Below the pieces are notes generated by a model. The model saw only the letters and a program-made list of their open reading frames with translations. It ran no database searches and was not told where the DNA came from. DNA of 32,602 nt from a virus (lineage: Duplodnaviria > Heunggongvirae > Uroviricota > Caudoviricetes): the IMG/VR virus record IMGVR_UViG_651324052_000001, positions 1 to 32,602 of that record. The stretch is one strand, 5' to 3'. This document shows positions 18,815 to 29,329 of the stretch, piece by piece. Position 1 is the first letter of the stretch. Each line of letters begins with the position of its first letter. The position numbers and the translations under genes were made by a program.

Positions 18815-21800
18815 TTACAGTTTCTTATGCATTCCTAGTCTATGTGCTTCCTGTGTAAAATATTTTGTTACCTCTTGAATAACCTTTTTAATGCCTGGAT
18901 ATGTATCTTTATCAATACTTCCTTCAACATTAATTAAGTTATCATAATGCTGATTGATGGTAGTTCCCTTTCCGGTATCTTCTCTGACATTTCTTCGGAG
19001 AGATGCTTCCATAATCGCATTTTTATTTTCAGCAAGACTAAATAGGTTGTCTGTTAGCTTCTTAGGGACAATAGCATCGCCATATTCAAATGTTGCATAA
19101 TTGTCACTTCCACGCTTGATTCTAAGTTCTTTACCAACTTCATCAATTCTTGCAAGTTCAATTGCATTTGTGATTTTCTTCGTTCCTTTAGCATAACCAC
19201 TAATCTGATCTTGTCTTACCCACCCAAGATCACTGTAAAATCCAGGAGTTGATTGAGTACCTAGATGGATAGGGTATGGGCTATTAGGGTTCATATATGT
19301 AATATATAATTCCTCGCCAAGATGTTGATTTCCAACTGGGTTTGTTCCATACGAGTCGTTAAAATACATTCCACTATTGAATCGTACTTTGTCCCCTACT
19401 CGTGGAACGCCGTCTCCACCGCTAGAATTATTTTGCTGAGGTGGTTGTGGTTTAGGTGGTTCTGGTTTCTTTGTGACCGTAACTCCGACTGAAACGCTTA
19501 ATCCACTTCCATCAGTAGTAGATGCCGTTATCTGACATGCTCCTGGTTTGATAGCTCGAATTGTTCCCCCACTTACAGTAGCAACTCGTGTATTAGAAGA
19601 TTTCCAAGAAAGCTTCTTGTTTTTAGCATCAGTAGGTCGTATACTCGCAGTAATAGAAGTGGATTGACCTTCTTCTAATGACACTGATGTTTTATTAAGT
19701 TTCAATTCAGCAACAGGTCGATTGGATGTATTCGGAGCCTGTCCAATAATTCCTTCGATTCTATCATTGTTACTTTGTGCTGATCCGCTTTGAATAGCAC
19801 CGGTGTTTACGTTTGTAAAATCATTTGGTTTATAATTAGGGGCAGTAGTAATACTTCCATGTACTTGATTTTGTACGCCGCCGGCAGTACCCAAATTCCC
19901 AATGTTCGAATTAAAGTCACCACTCGGCTTAAAGCCTGTTCCGGCAATAATACTCTGAATTTTATCATAAGCTTGCTGATAATTATTAACAACATTTTCC
20001 AACATTTGAGAAATAACCTGCTCTTGTTTTTCAGCATTGTATGTGACTTCATTCAGAGTATCTTCAAGCTCTTTGTTTAGGTCTTCAGAAAGACCCTCAT
20101 ATCCGTCTTTTCTAACTTCATACTCACGGTCTTTCTGTGTTTGCTGTAATTGATCTTGAGCTTCTGCTAATTGAGCTTCTAATCTCTTTTTCTCTGCTTT
20201 TGCTGCTTCATTATTTACCGAATCTAAAGCAGCAATTTGTGCCTTTAATACATTAATATCTTTTGTCTGTTTCTTAAGATTACGAGAATAATCATCGTTC
20301 TTTTTCTTAATATCAAGCAGTTTTTCATATTTTTCAATGGATTTCTGAGCCATATCATTTTCAGCTTCTAATTGCTTACGATATAAGTCAACAATCTCAT
20401 TCTTGTAATCTTCAACAACACCTACAGAATCTCGGATAGAATCCAAGAATTCCTTTTGTTGTTCTTTATATTCACTTGTTGAAATGTTTCCGTTCTTTAA
20501 ATCTTCATCAAGTTTCTTTAATGCTTCATTATAATTTTTGATCTGCTGTTTTGCAGCATTCATGCCTTGAGAGATAAGTGCGAGATTAGTAATACCTTCA
20601 ATAGTTAATCCGCCGTTTTGACCAACAAATGCATCTGAATGAAGCATGCTTCTAAAATCATCAGTTTCTGTAATCAAATCTTTTAAGGCTTCTTGTCCTT
20701 CAAAGAAAGGATTCCATCTAACTTCCCAGATTTTATTTTTCAGTTCTTCAATGTTTTCGCTGGTACTGTAAATCTCATCATCAAGTTTTGCAATCTCATC
20801 AGCAATTTCTTGATACCTCTTAGACCCAACATCATACAATCCTTGCTCTTTTAAGAGTTCTTGACGTTTATTGAAATTAGCCTGAATAAGAGCATTAGCA
20901 TTGTCAAGTTGCTTCTTAAGATCTGCCTCACTAACCTTATCACCTTTTGCTTCGGTTAAGCTTGTGCCGTTTTCTAACCTCTGAGCTGTACGGTCAAGCA
21001 TATCAATAGTATGCTGTAACCGTGTAAGTTTCAGATTTCGGAACTCGTCTTCAAGTTCTACTAATCCAATTTGTGCATCAACGGCAGCTTCTTTCAGCTC
21101 ATTAAGTTTTGCCTGTGCTTCATACCACTCTTTAGATCCCTCAGACATGTATCCTTGAGACATAAGTTTTGATATTTCTGCTTCATAGTCCTTAATTTGC
21201 TGTTGTGTATTTTCTGCTAATTCTTGTTGATTTTTGATAGACTCTTTAATAGAAGCTTCTTGTTCCTTCCCATAAGCAGAATGACCAAGTTCTTCCCAAA
21301 GTTCACGTTGTTTTTCAAGATAGCCGTTTGCTGTATCCTGTTGATTATTCAGCATTTCCCAATATTCTTCAACGTTATCAAGAGCCTTTTGAACTAATTC
21401 GTCCTGCTTTTCAAGAAGTTCATCGTACTGAGAATTACAATCTTCTAATTTATCATAGTAATCTTGATAAATTTGAATTAACTTTTTGGTTTCTTCGTCA
21501 TAACCAGAAATATCAAATGAACCATTTTTAATCTGATTATAAATCGTAGGATCAAGTCCCATTTGAGATTCTAAACTTGTAAGATGCTCACGATATTTAT
21601 TAATAGCAGTGGAAGTATTAGAAAGATATTCTTGATTCTTTGCTAATGCTTCATACATCTTAATCTGCTTGTCTGGAAGTTTAGCAATACGTTCCATTTG
21701 ACTCATGAGATGGTCAAACTGACGTTCCATTGCCTTAAACACACGTTCAATCCAGTCAATCTGATCAGAGAGTGATTCTGATAATTTCTCAGCCGCTTCT

Positions 21801-24800
21801 GATGTATCTGTTGCTGCTTTTGAAAGATTTTCTGCGGCGTTGTTTACGGAAGAAGAGCCAGATGAACCTCCACCTGATAGATTGCCGTTGCCAGTATTTC
21901 CAGTCACCCAACTTCCAGAAGAGAATGCCGTTCCGTTAGATAGTGCATGTCCACGACCTCCGCCAGATGTGACCTTTCCATTTGCAAACAACTCAGCTGT
22001 TTGTTTGTGGTTGAAGACGATATCACCCTTCTTCAATGGGACAAACTGAGCGCCACCTTCAATTAAATGCCAACGTCCGTCTCTAACAATTAATTCGTTA
22101 CCAAGTTCATTTACAAGAGAAGTTTGATTTTTAGAAACACCCCAGTCACCACTTGCTTTTGCGTTACCAGAGTAGTGATACAAAGTAGTAGTTCCATTTG
22201 CGTTGGCGGTTCCATTTGCCACAGCTCCTTCTTCCTTGACATTGTTGGTAACAGAAGTAATGTATACAGTTTTACTTTGTACAGAAGAGATGGCAGAAGC
22301 AAGAGCTGATACATCGCCTGTTCCAGATGTAGTGGCAGATACAGTTACAGATTTACTTTGTACAGAATCAATAGCTGCTTTTAATGCTTTTACCAAATCC
22401 GTTCCAGTCACATTTGCTTTTGCATCAACAGTTTTTCCTTCAAGTGTTCCTAACGAAGCCTTTAATGCTCCGATGAGTTCCAATCCAGTTACATTTGCCA
22501 TTACGGATACAGATTTTGCTTCATTGCTCAATCCATTTATGGATGACTTGATACCATCAAGTTCGTCTTTTCCAGTCACACTTACAGAAACAGCTAATTC
22601 TTTATCATCAAGAGAAGACAGCATGGTTTCTAAAGCAGTAATGTCGTCTTTCCCTGCAACATTCACTGTAATAGTCACATCTTTGTCTTGTATGTCTTCA
22701 AGATGTAGGTCTTCTTTTTCAAGTTCAACAGGTATTTTAATCTCATTAGACATTAATTGAGAGGCAATCTCATCAGTACTTAATCCTTCAATATTTAATT
22801 CTGCCTTAATCTCTGGTGATATATTTTCAAGCTCGGCTTTTGCAGTTTCCACCATACCTAATGCTTCATTAAGTTTGCTTGTGTCGAAATTTGGAGTAGA
22901 AGCAATTATATCAGCATTAGTAACAGCGTCATAATAATTCTGAAAAAGTTGTATTGCATTTTGTAATTCCGCACTTGCATTACTTGTGTCAACATTTAAA
23001 ATAGCAGGCTCATTTAGTTCGGCGCGTTTCTGAATTAAAGTAGAAAGAACTTGCTGTGCAGATTCCAATTGAGAAGCATCACAGTTAATTGAACCATCAG
23101 AGTTATATAAAGAATTAATATATTCTTTTGTTTTTTCAATCTCATTATATATAGAAGAATCTGTTTTGGCATTTACGTCAATATCAACTTTCCCACCAGT
23201 AGCTTCTCTAATTGCGTCTGCTGCTAGAGTAGCTTTAGCAATAGCTTCGTCTAAATTACTTGTTTCTACTGACACAGAGGAAGGGTTTTCCAGAAGTTTC
23301 TTACGTTCTATGGCTTCTTCGAGTAATGTATTCAGATTTTCAACTTCTGCACTATCAACACCAAATTTAGTTTCCGATTCATCACGAGCCTTCGTTAATT
23401 CTGCGATTCGAGCGTCTAATCCATTAGCATCTAATTTAGACGTATCTACATCTAAATCAATTTCCGGAAAATCAGATCCAGCTTCTTTTAACTGTTGAAG
23501 ATTGGTTTTTGCTTTTTCAGCTTGAGCAGATAAGTCAGCCATTTTCTGAGCATAATTAGAATCGCCACTCGTATCACCAACACGAATTGTGTCATCGTAT
23601 TCAGTCATAGCCCTGTACAATGATTGAATAGCCTCTTTACTAATTCCTAATCTTTTTGCAATTTCTTCGTCTGCTCCAGTTTGAAATTCAAGAACACCAT
23701 TTTCTAACTCTTTTACCCATCCTAATCCCTCATTATCGGAAAGAGTTTTCATGTCTGTAACAAAGTTATCAAGACCTTGCTTAGTTCCGGTAAAGTATTT
23801 ATCAATTACAGGAAGAGATGCTTCGTATGCGGCGACAACTTCTTTCATAGAAGCAGTAGCTAAATCTTGATTAGAATAGAATTGCGATACAGCTCTAAAT
23901 TCCTCAGTGTTATATCGACCTTCTTTATAAAGCTCTTGTCCTCGTTCGCGCATTGTTTCAGAAACTGTGCGGAACATATCGCCTTCTTCGCCATTAGATT
24001 GTGCGCTCATCCATTTTTGATAAGCAGAAGTAGCACCATCATAGGCAGCCGATAATTGATTTACTGCTTCAAGTTGACGACTTAATCCGTCTATAACAAG
24101 TTGAGAATTATTATATTCAGAAGAACCTTTATCATAATTATTCTGTTCTGCATATGCTTTATTCAACTGCTCTTGAAGTGATTGTTGTTTTTCTGCAAAC
24201 TTCCCTTTTGTTATAGCTTCTTGTTGTGCTTGCAATTGGCGTAATGCTTCTCTGTTCAAATGAACACCGTTTGCGGTTTTCTCAAATAAAGTTGCAGGAT
24301 CATAACCTTCCAAATCTTCATATGCGGATGCTATTGCACCAATATCGCCTTCGAGTTCTCCTGTTTCTTCATTGAGAGAAACACCTAGCCCCTTGCCATT
24401 ATAACTATTTGCTAATACGGCATTTAAAGATTCTACAGAATTAATTTGTGATACAACATCTTTCTGGAAATCTGAAAAGCTTTCTTCAAGTTTAGTTAGA
24501 CCAGCGTCTTGACTGGCAAGTGCTGAAATTTCTTCTCTTAGAGTTTCGACACTAACACCTGCTTCATTACAAGCAACAACTAATTCAGGAAATCCCTTGG
24601 TGATTTCATCAACAGATAATTTGTCTCCACTTCTAAAAGCATCTACTAATTTCTGTTGTGCTTGAGCAAAATCATTATTTTCCCAAATTTTAGATAATGC
24701 TTTAGCTGCTTTGGCTTGAGGATTTTCTCTGGTGTAATCATCAATCACTTTTGTAATGTCATTGAATTTCTTTAGTTCTTTTGAAGACAACCCTTCTTTT

Positions 24801-25876
24801 GCAACACCAGTTGTTTCATCCATGAAATTCTTCCTAAGTTCTTGAAGTGATTTCATATTTTCAGAAACAGCATCCTCATACATTTTCATATCTGACTTAA
24901 GAGTATCTATTTCTCCGTCAATTTCAGATTTTCTTTTCTTGTCTTTTTTGGAAGTTCCTAAACCGTCACGTTCATTTAAAAGTTCTTCTCTTGTGTCTTT
25001 TAATTCATTTAATGCTTTGACTTCATTTTGAGTAGCTGTTAGAATATCCGTCTTTTCATAACCAGTATTTTCTACCCCTTGTGCAGCATTTGCGCCAGCA
25101 GCCATTCGATCAATCCAGTTATCAGACTCTAATAGTTCCTGTTGAGATGACTTTGTTGTTAAATCGTAAGTTTCTCTTTTATTTAGAGAATCCATTGCAG
25201 AACCAACAGCTTCTTTAGCTTCTTTATCTGCAATTTCTTTCTTTAAATCTCTCTGACGTTCTAGTTCAGCATTTTGTAATTTTAGTTGTGAAAGTTCAGA
25301 TTGCTCTACGAGATTTAAAGTCCCTTTGGATTCGAGTTCTGAAATTCTCGTAGATGTTGTTTCGATTTCAGAGTTTAAGGATTTTACTTCTGCCATTGTA
25401 GAAGCATAAGCTGATTGTGCTTCTTTTGCTTCTTCAACAGATCTCTTCATTTCAGTAGCTTTTAGATAAGTTAACCATGCTGCACCACCGACAACAGCTG
25501 CGCCGCCGATATACGGAATGGCTTTCTTAAATACCGTTAGTAATCCCTTTCCTGCATTCTTGAAGCCTTCCATAGCTTTTTGTCCGGTAGACATTCCATC
25601 TCCAAGACCGTCTAATGTTTTCTTTAATTCGCTTACACCTTCGGCTGCATCGCCAGCGCCTTCAGTAATATCTGCAACTGTATCTGCCCAACCAGTCATG
25701 TTTAATGCATCTTTTGCAAAATCCTTCGAAACACCGGAATGTTTAAGAATTTTCCCAACTTCTTCTAAATCTTTCGCATCGTCTAACAAATTTACCATTT
25801 TAGCAAATTTATTATTATAATCTAGTCCATTAAAATCTTTTAATAGTTCAGAGTATTTCCCTATCTCTTTTAATGA
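18815..25876 (-). CDS. Tail tape measure protein, 3' exon (C-terminal ~2350 aa, with Big_2-like and SH3-like domains near the C-terminus)
   Basis: Very long helical Ala/Lys/Glu-rich ORF upstream of Dit/Tal. It has LVNELGNELI...GDIVFNHKQT and GYAKGT motifs and an Ig-like LNKTSVSL...WKSSNTRVATV region. There is no RBS before ATG 25798, and the frame stays open upstream (SLKEIGKYSELLKDFNGLDYNNKFAK) to a TAG at 25904-25906. The 5' boundary is inferred. Confidence 0.85.
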   Translation of the reverse strand, partial: SLKEIGKYSELLKDFNGLDYNNKFAKMVNLLDDAKDLEEVGKILKHSGVSKDFAKDALNMTGWADTVADITEGAGDAAEGVSELKKTLDGLGDGMSTGQKAMEGFKNAGKGLLTVFKKAIPYIGGAAVVGGAAWLTYLKATEMKRSVEEAKEAQSAYASTMAEVKSLNSEIETTSTRISELESKGTLNLVEQSELSQLKLQNAELERQRDLKKEIADKEAKEAVGSAMDSLNKRETYDLTTKSSQQELLESDNWIDRMAAGANAAQGVENTGYEKTDILTATQNEVKALNELKDTREELLNERDGLGTSKKDKKRKSEIDGEIDTLKSDMKMYEDAVSENMKSLQELRKNFMDETTGVAKEGLSSKELKKFNDITKVIDDYTRENPQAKAAKALSKIWENNDFAQAQQKLVDAFRSGDKLSVDEITKGFPELVVACNEAGVSVETLREEISALASQDAGLTKLEESFSDFQKDVVSQINSVESLNAVLANSYNGKGLGVSLNEETGELEGDIGAIASAYEDLEGYDPATLFEKTANGVHLNREALRQLQAQQEAITKGKFAEKQQSLQEQLNKAYAEQNNYDKGSSEYNNSQLVIDGLSRQLEAVNQLSAAYDGATSAYQKWMSAQSNGEEGDMFRTVSETMRERGQELYKEGRYNTEEFRAVSQFYSNQDLATASMKEVVAAYEASLPVIDKYFTGTKQGLDNFVTDMKTLSDNEGLGWVKELENGVLEFQTGADEEIAKRLGISKEAIQSLYRAMTEYDDTIRVGDTSGDSNYAQKMADLSAQAEKAKTNLQQLKEAGSDFPEIDLDVDTSKLDANGLDARIAELTKARDESETKFGVDSAEVENLNTLLEEAIERKKLLENPSSVSVETSNLDEAIAKATLAADAIREATGGKVDIDVNAKTDSSIYNEIEKTKEYINSLYNSDGSINCDASQLESAQQVLSTLIQKRAELNEPAILNVDTSNASAELQNAIQLFQNYYDAVTNADIIASTPNFDTSKLNEALGMVETAKAELENISPEIKAELNIEGLSTDEIASQLMSNEIKIPVELEKEDLHLEDIQDKDVTITVNVAGKDDITALETMLSSLDDKELAVSVSVTGKDELDGIKSSINGLSNEAKSVSVMANVTGLELIGALKASLGTLEGKTVDAKANVTGTDLVKALKAAIDSVQSKSVTVSATTSGTGDVSALASAISSVQSKTVYITSVTNNVKEEGAVANGTANANGTTTLYHYSGNAKASGDWGVSKNQTSLVNELGNELIVRDGRWHLIEGGAQFVPLKKGDIVFNHKQTAELFANGKVTSGGGRGHALSNGTAFSSGSWVTGNTGNGNLSGGGSSGSSSVNNAAENLSKAATDTSEAAEKLSESLSDQIDWIERVFKAMERQFDHLMSQMERIAKLPDKQIKMYEALAKNQEYLSNTSTAINKYREHLTSLESQMGLDPTIYNQIKNGSFDISGYDEETKKLIQIYQDYYDKLEDCNSQYDELLEKQDELVQKALDNVEEYWEMLNNQQDTANGYLEKQRELWEELGHSAYGKEQEASIKESIKNQQELAENTQQQIKDYEAEISKLMSQGYMSEGSKEWYEAQAKLNELKEAAVDAQIGLVELEDEFRNLKLTRLQHTIDMLDRTAQRLENGTSLTEAKGDKVSEADLKKQLDNANALIQANFNKRQELLKEQGLYDVGSKRYQEIADEIAKLDDEIYSTSENIEELKNKIWEVRWNPFFEGQEALKDLITETDDFRSMLHSDAFVGQNGGLTIEGITNLALISQGMNAAKQQIKNYNEALKKLDEDLKNGNISTSEYKEQQKEFLDSIRDSVGVVEDYKNEIVDLYRKQLEAENDMAQKSIEKYEKLLDIKKKNDDYSRNLKKQTKDINVLKAQIAALDSVNNEAAKAEKKRLEAQLAEAQDQLQQTQKDREYEVRKDGYEGLSEDLNKELEDTLNEVTYNAEKQEQVISQMLENVVNNYQQAYDKIQSIIAGTGFKPSGDFNSNIGNLGTAGGVQNQVHGSITTAPNYKPNDFTNVNTGAIQSGSAQSNNDRIEGIIGQAPNTSNRPVAELKLNKTSVSLEEGQSTSITASIRPTDAKNKKLSWKSSNTRVATVSGGTIRAIKPGACQITASTTDGSGLSVSVGVTVTKKPEPPKPQPPQQNNSSGGDGVPRVGDKVRFNSGMYFNDSYGTNPVGNQHLGEELYITYMNPNSPYPIHLGTQSTPGFYSDLGWVRQDQISGYAKGTKKITNAIELARIDEVGKELRIKRGSDNYATFEYGDAIVPKKLTDNLFSLAENKNAIMEASLRRNVREDTGKGTTINQHYDNLINVEGSIDKDTYPGIKKVIQEVTKYFTQEAHRLGMHKKL

Positions 25877-25881
25877 CTGTG

Positions 25882-25890
25882 TGGTATAAT
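25882..25890 (+). promoter_or_regulatory. Extended -10 promoter for the Zn-ribbon gene
   Basis: TG-G-TATAAT lies ~48 bp upstream of ATG 25938, with an AGGAGG RBS in between. Confidence 0.6.
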
Positions 25891-25937
25891 ATAAAAAATG
25901 TTTCTATCATTTAATATATATTTTAGGAGGGATTTTA

Positions 25938-26420
25938 ATGGCATTATTAATTTGTTCTGAATGCAAAAAAGTTGTATCTGATAAAGCGGGAATATGTCCC
26001 CACTGTGGATGTCCAATAACAATAAAGGATGACTTGAATAGGCAATACACAAAAGTTAATGGCGTTGAATATGATGTAACAGAAATTGTTAAAATAATTC
26101 TCAATGCAGAGACATACAAAGAGTGGACTCCAGCCTCTGATATGATCAGAAATATGATGGACATTTCTCCGATAAAACTTATTAATCCAATACGTGAACT
26201 TGGAAGAGCACCGGAAGAAATTAATTGCGAAACATTATCCGACTTCTCAAAAAGACAACGAGCTATTCAGGCATCCAAGATTCACTGTCCAAACTGTAGG
26301 TCAACAGATGTAAAACGAATATCCGCAACTGAGAGAGCAGCGTCTGTGATTGGTTTTGGTCTACTTTCAAAGAAAATCAACAAAACATATAAGTGTAATA
26401 AATGTAAGTATACTTGGTAA
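25938..26420 (+). CDS. Double zinc-ribbon domain protein
   Basis: N-terminal CSEC...CPHCG and C-terminal CPNC...CNKC motifs; RBS AGGAGG. Confidence 0.8.
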   Translation: MALLICSECKKVVSDKAGICPHCGCPITIKDDLNRQYTKVNGVEYDVTEIVKIILNAETYKEWTPASDMIRNMMDISPIKLINPIRELGRAPEEINCETLSDFSKRQRAIQASKIHCPNCRSTDVKRISATERAASVIGFGLLSKKINKTYKCNKCKYTW

Positions 26421-26442
26421 AATAACAGTAAATTTGCTTTCC

Positions 26443-26471
26443 TTGACATTGTGTAATTGTAATGTTACAGT
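26443..26471 (+). promoter_or_regulatory. Putative sigma-A promoter for the YHYH/Ig gene
   Basis: TTGACA-17 bp-TACAGT with a TG extension. Confidence 0.5.
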
Positions 26472-26531
26472 TATAGAAGTGTGAGCGGTTTCTATAAGAG
26501 ATATAAACTACTTATAAGAGAGGGAAAACAA

Positions 26532-27914
26532 ATGAAAAAAAGAAAATGTATTATTTGTGCAGTAATATTATCTATGTTACTGCCTATTTCTGTGCACGCA
26601 CATCCAGGCAGAACAGATTCTAGTGGTGGTCATCATGACTATAAAAATCAAAGTGGACTAGGAAGCTATCATTATCATCATGGTATGGGTGCACATTTAC
26701 ATCCGGGAGGAGTTTGTCCTTATGGTGGTGGCGCGGTTCCATCATACACACCGCCAGTTCGTCCGAAACCAACTATTACTGTAAACAATCCACCCACCCA
26801 GCTTTATGTTGGCGAAAGTTCTGGATTAAACATCACTTTAAGCAATGTATCACAAAATACTCTTAGTGTCACATCAAGCAATCCACATGTCGTAAGAGTA
26901 AATCCAGATAATACATTAACTGCTGTAGGATCAGGAGATACTACAGTTACGGTAAGTGCATCTGGCGCAGATAATCAAGCATTTGTAGTAACAGTTAACA
27001 CAATCCCAGTAGAATCAATAGTTATTAAAAATTCAACAAACAGACTTCAATTAAATAGTACTATAGTATTTGAAACAGAAATATTACCCAGCAACGCCAC
27101 TGATAAGACAGTTACATGGAAATCAGAAAATGAAGAAATAGCTGTTATAACTGATAAAGGATCTGTAGTAGGTAAGAATCCTGGCAAAACCAAAATTACC
27201 TGCGAAGCAGTTAGTGGCGTTAAAACGGAAATAGAATTAGAGATATATGAAATATTTCCTGAATCAATAGAACTTGAAGCAAACAAAATTGAATTAGAAT
27301 GTTTAGACACATATGATTTAGATGTCAAAATTATGCCAGAAACAGCAAATAATAAAAATTATAGCATAGAAAGCGAGAACAATGATGTCGCTAAAATAGA
27401 AGATAAAAAGATTAAAGCTGTATCAGACGGCATAACTAACATAATAGTTAAAACAGACAATGGTATTGAACGCAAAGTACCTATTAAAGTTTATCATGTG
27501 CCAACAGATAACATACATATAGATGACTCAAAAACAAATTATTTTATGGATTTATTCTCTATTAAGCTATTAGATAAAAGAGAAAGTATTAGCCTGGAAT
27601 CTGTAGTTTATCCAAGTTATGCCACTTTTAAAAATCCAGAGTGGAAGAGTAGTGATGAAAATATTATTGATATTAGAAATAATAAACCATATATTGAAAG
27701 TACGGGTTGTGTAACTCTTACATCTACGACAATCGATAAAGTTTCTGATAGTATAACAATTTTCATCATAGATCGAGATATTGCTTTGTTGATAATTTTT
27801 GGAGTAACACTGATCCTTCTGTTTGTCAATGGATGGATTATTTATAAATACAAAAATAATATTATCGCCATAAAAAATAAATTAATGTCCAAAATTAAAC
27901 ATACAGATGTCTAA
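26532..27914 (+). CDS. Surface protein: signal peptide, YHYH-like domain, tandem Big_2 Ig-like repeats, C-terminal TM anchor
   Basis: MKKRK...VHA signal peptide; HPGRTDSSGGHH...YHYHHG; repeats such as PSNATDKTVTWKSEN; hydrophobic C-terminal helix followed by basic residues. The RBS GAGGG favours start 26532. Confidence 0.8.
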   Translation: MKKRKCIICAVILSMLLPISVHAHPGRTDSSGGHHDYKNQSGLGSYHYHHGMGAHLHPGGVCPYGGGAVPSYTPPVRPKPTITVNNPPTQLYVGESSGLNITLSNVSQNTLSVTSSNPHVVRVNPDNTLTAVGSGDTTVTVSASGADNQAFVVTVNTIPVESIVIKNSTNRLQLNSTIVFETEILPSNATDKTVTWKSENEEIAVITDKGSVVGKNPGKTKITCEAVSGVKTEIELEIYEIFPESIELEANKIELECLDTYDLDVKIMPETANNKNYSIESENNDVAKIEDKKIKAVSDGITNIIVKTDNGIERKVPIKVYHVPTDNIHIDDSKTNYFMDLFSIKLLDKRESISLESVVYPSYATFKNPEWKSSDENIIDIRNNKPYIESTGCVTLTSTTIDKVSDSITIFIIDRDIALLIIFGVTLILLFVNGWIIYKYKNNIIAIKNKLMSKIKHTDV

Positions 27915-28001
27915 ACTGTAAATATAAATGGTAGTGGAAGTGTAATGTCTGTAAGAGATATTTTTAGGATTGCGGAAAAGTAATTAGAAATAGAGATGTT
28001 T

Positions 28002-28265
28002 CTATAGCATATCTGTTTCTAATTCGCGTATTCTGCGCTTTAATTCATCACACGATTTGTGCTGTTTCCCAAATTTATATTTGTATGAATAATTGGTTTT
28101 TTGATGACCAAAATTATCTTCGATTTGCTTATTAAAGTCGTTTTGAATTTTATTTAATTCATGCAAATTATTTTTGTTTAATGAATATAAGAATATAACC
28201 ATTCTACATTTTGTAAAATGTAAGAGTGCACGAATTCTGTAATAGAATAACTGAAAAAAATTCAA
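28002..28265 (-). CDS. Hypothetical protein, divergent partner of HEXXH gene 1
   Basis: TTG start preceded by the RBS AAGGTGGTGA. Confidence 0.5.
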   Translation of the reverse strand: MNFFQLFYYRIRALLHFTKCRMVIFLYSLNKNNLHELNKIQNDFNKQIEDNFGHQKTNYSYKYKFGKQHKSCDELKRRIRELETDML

Positions 28266-28294
28266 TTTAATTCACCACCTTTGGAGGATAAATA

Positions 28295-29014
28295 ATGATT
28301 ACTGAAGAAATAAAACTTGAAACAAAATTACGTTGGTTGGAATATTGTAAAGAAATTAAAAATATCCCGCCAATACAAGAGATAGAGCTTCTTGATAAAA
28401 ATGATTCTTCACACGCAAGATTTAAATCAATAGATTTGTATAATCAAAAATATATCTTATATGTTCAAAAGGAGATATATGAATATACTGATGTTTCGAC
28501 AAGATCTATATTATTCCATGAATTTACTCATCTTGCGGACGCAATAAAATATAAAGATAAAAAATATGAAGTGTTCCTTAATATAATGTCTTCTTATTCA
28601 GAATATCATGCATCATATATTGAAATGCTTCAAATTCTAAAATGTTGTGACAGTAAATTAATAAACAAAGAATCAGAAGCTATTTACAGAGCTGGCTGTC
28701 TTACCTTAGAATCCCTTATGTCTCAATCATACACAGCAGCGATAAAATGTTTTGAAAAAATTGATGAGTCTTTTAATGGAGTACATGAGTTTTATTACTA
28801 TTTAGGATATAGAAAGGCTTTACAAAGATATAGTTTGGAATTTAATTTTAATTTATTAGATTTTAATTCATTGTATATGGTTTATATTAAAAATATTTTT
28901 GATTTTATTGAGTCAAATGAAATTACAAAATTAGCAGATGAACACTCAAAATTATTACACTCTATTGATAAGGAGATAGAATCAAATAAAATTTTGAATC
29001 ATTTTAATATTTGA
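28295..29014 (+). CDS. Putative Zn metallopeptidase (HEXXH), paralog 1
   Basis: RSILFHEFTH motif plus downstream SEYHASYIEM (candidate third-ligand Glu); RBS GGAGG. Confidence 0.7.
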   Translation: MITEEIKLETKLRWLEYCKEIKNIPPIQEIELLDKNDSSHARFKSIDLYNQKYILYVQKEIYEYTDVSTRSILFHEFTHLADAIKYKDKKYEVFLNIMSSYSEYHASYIEMLQILKCCDSKLINKESEAIYRAGCLTLESLMSQSYTAAIKCFEKIDESFNGVHEFYYYLGYRKALQRYSLEFNFNLLDFNSLYMVYIKNIFDFIESNEITKLADEHSKLLHSIDKEIESNKILNHFNI

Positions 29015-29329
29015 AAGTTGCTGTTTTTTTATGTGGCTACTTGGTTCTGCCAGGCAAAGCTGCAGACATCAATGACAACGACAAAGGTAAAGAGGAGAAG
29101 AACGGAGTCTATCTTATAATTCCACATCGCCCAAAACTTTTTCTTTAAACTTTTTTATGATTGAATAACATTCAGATTGGCTTACATCAGTACCGCAATA
29201 TAGCGTGTTGATTAGACACTTTACAATATAATTTTCTTTTTCTTCACGCTGCAAATAATTATCAACGGAATTATTGTTAAACATATTAACTGTTTGATTC
29301 TGAAAGGGAACTAATTTAAATATGAAAAA

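Noticed and set aside
2013-25820. Many + strand ORFs (e.g. 2013-2426, 22203-22760, 23166-23498, 25518-25820) and short alternative-frame - strand ORFs
   Set aside because: They are shadows of long minus-strand phage genes, with no RBS and no recognisable motifs.
25870-26164. Minus-strand ORFs 25870-26052 and 25907-26164 as a possible TMP N-terminus
   Set aside because: They are antisense to the Zn-ribbon gene, do not look like TMP, and a TAG at 25904-25906 closes the TMP frame.
29015-29329. Intergenic segment with a locally higher-GC stretch
   Set aside because: No ORF with an RBS or convincing RNA structure could be supported; it may be a gene remnant.
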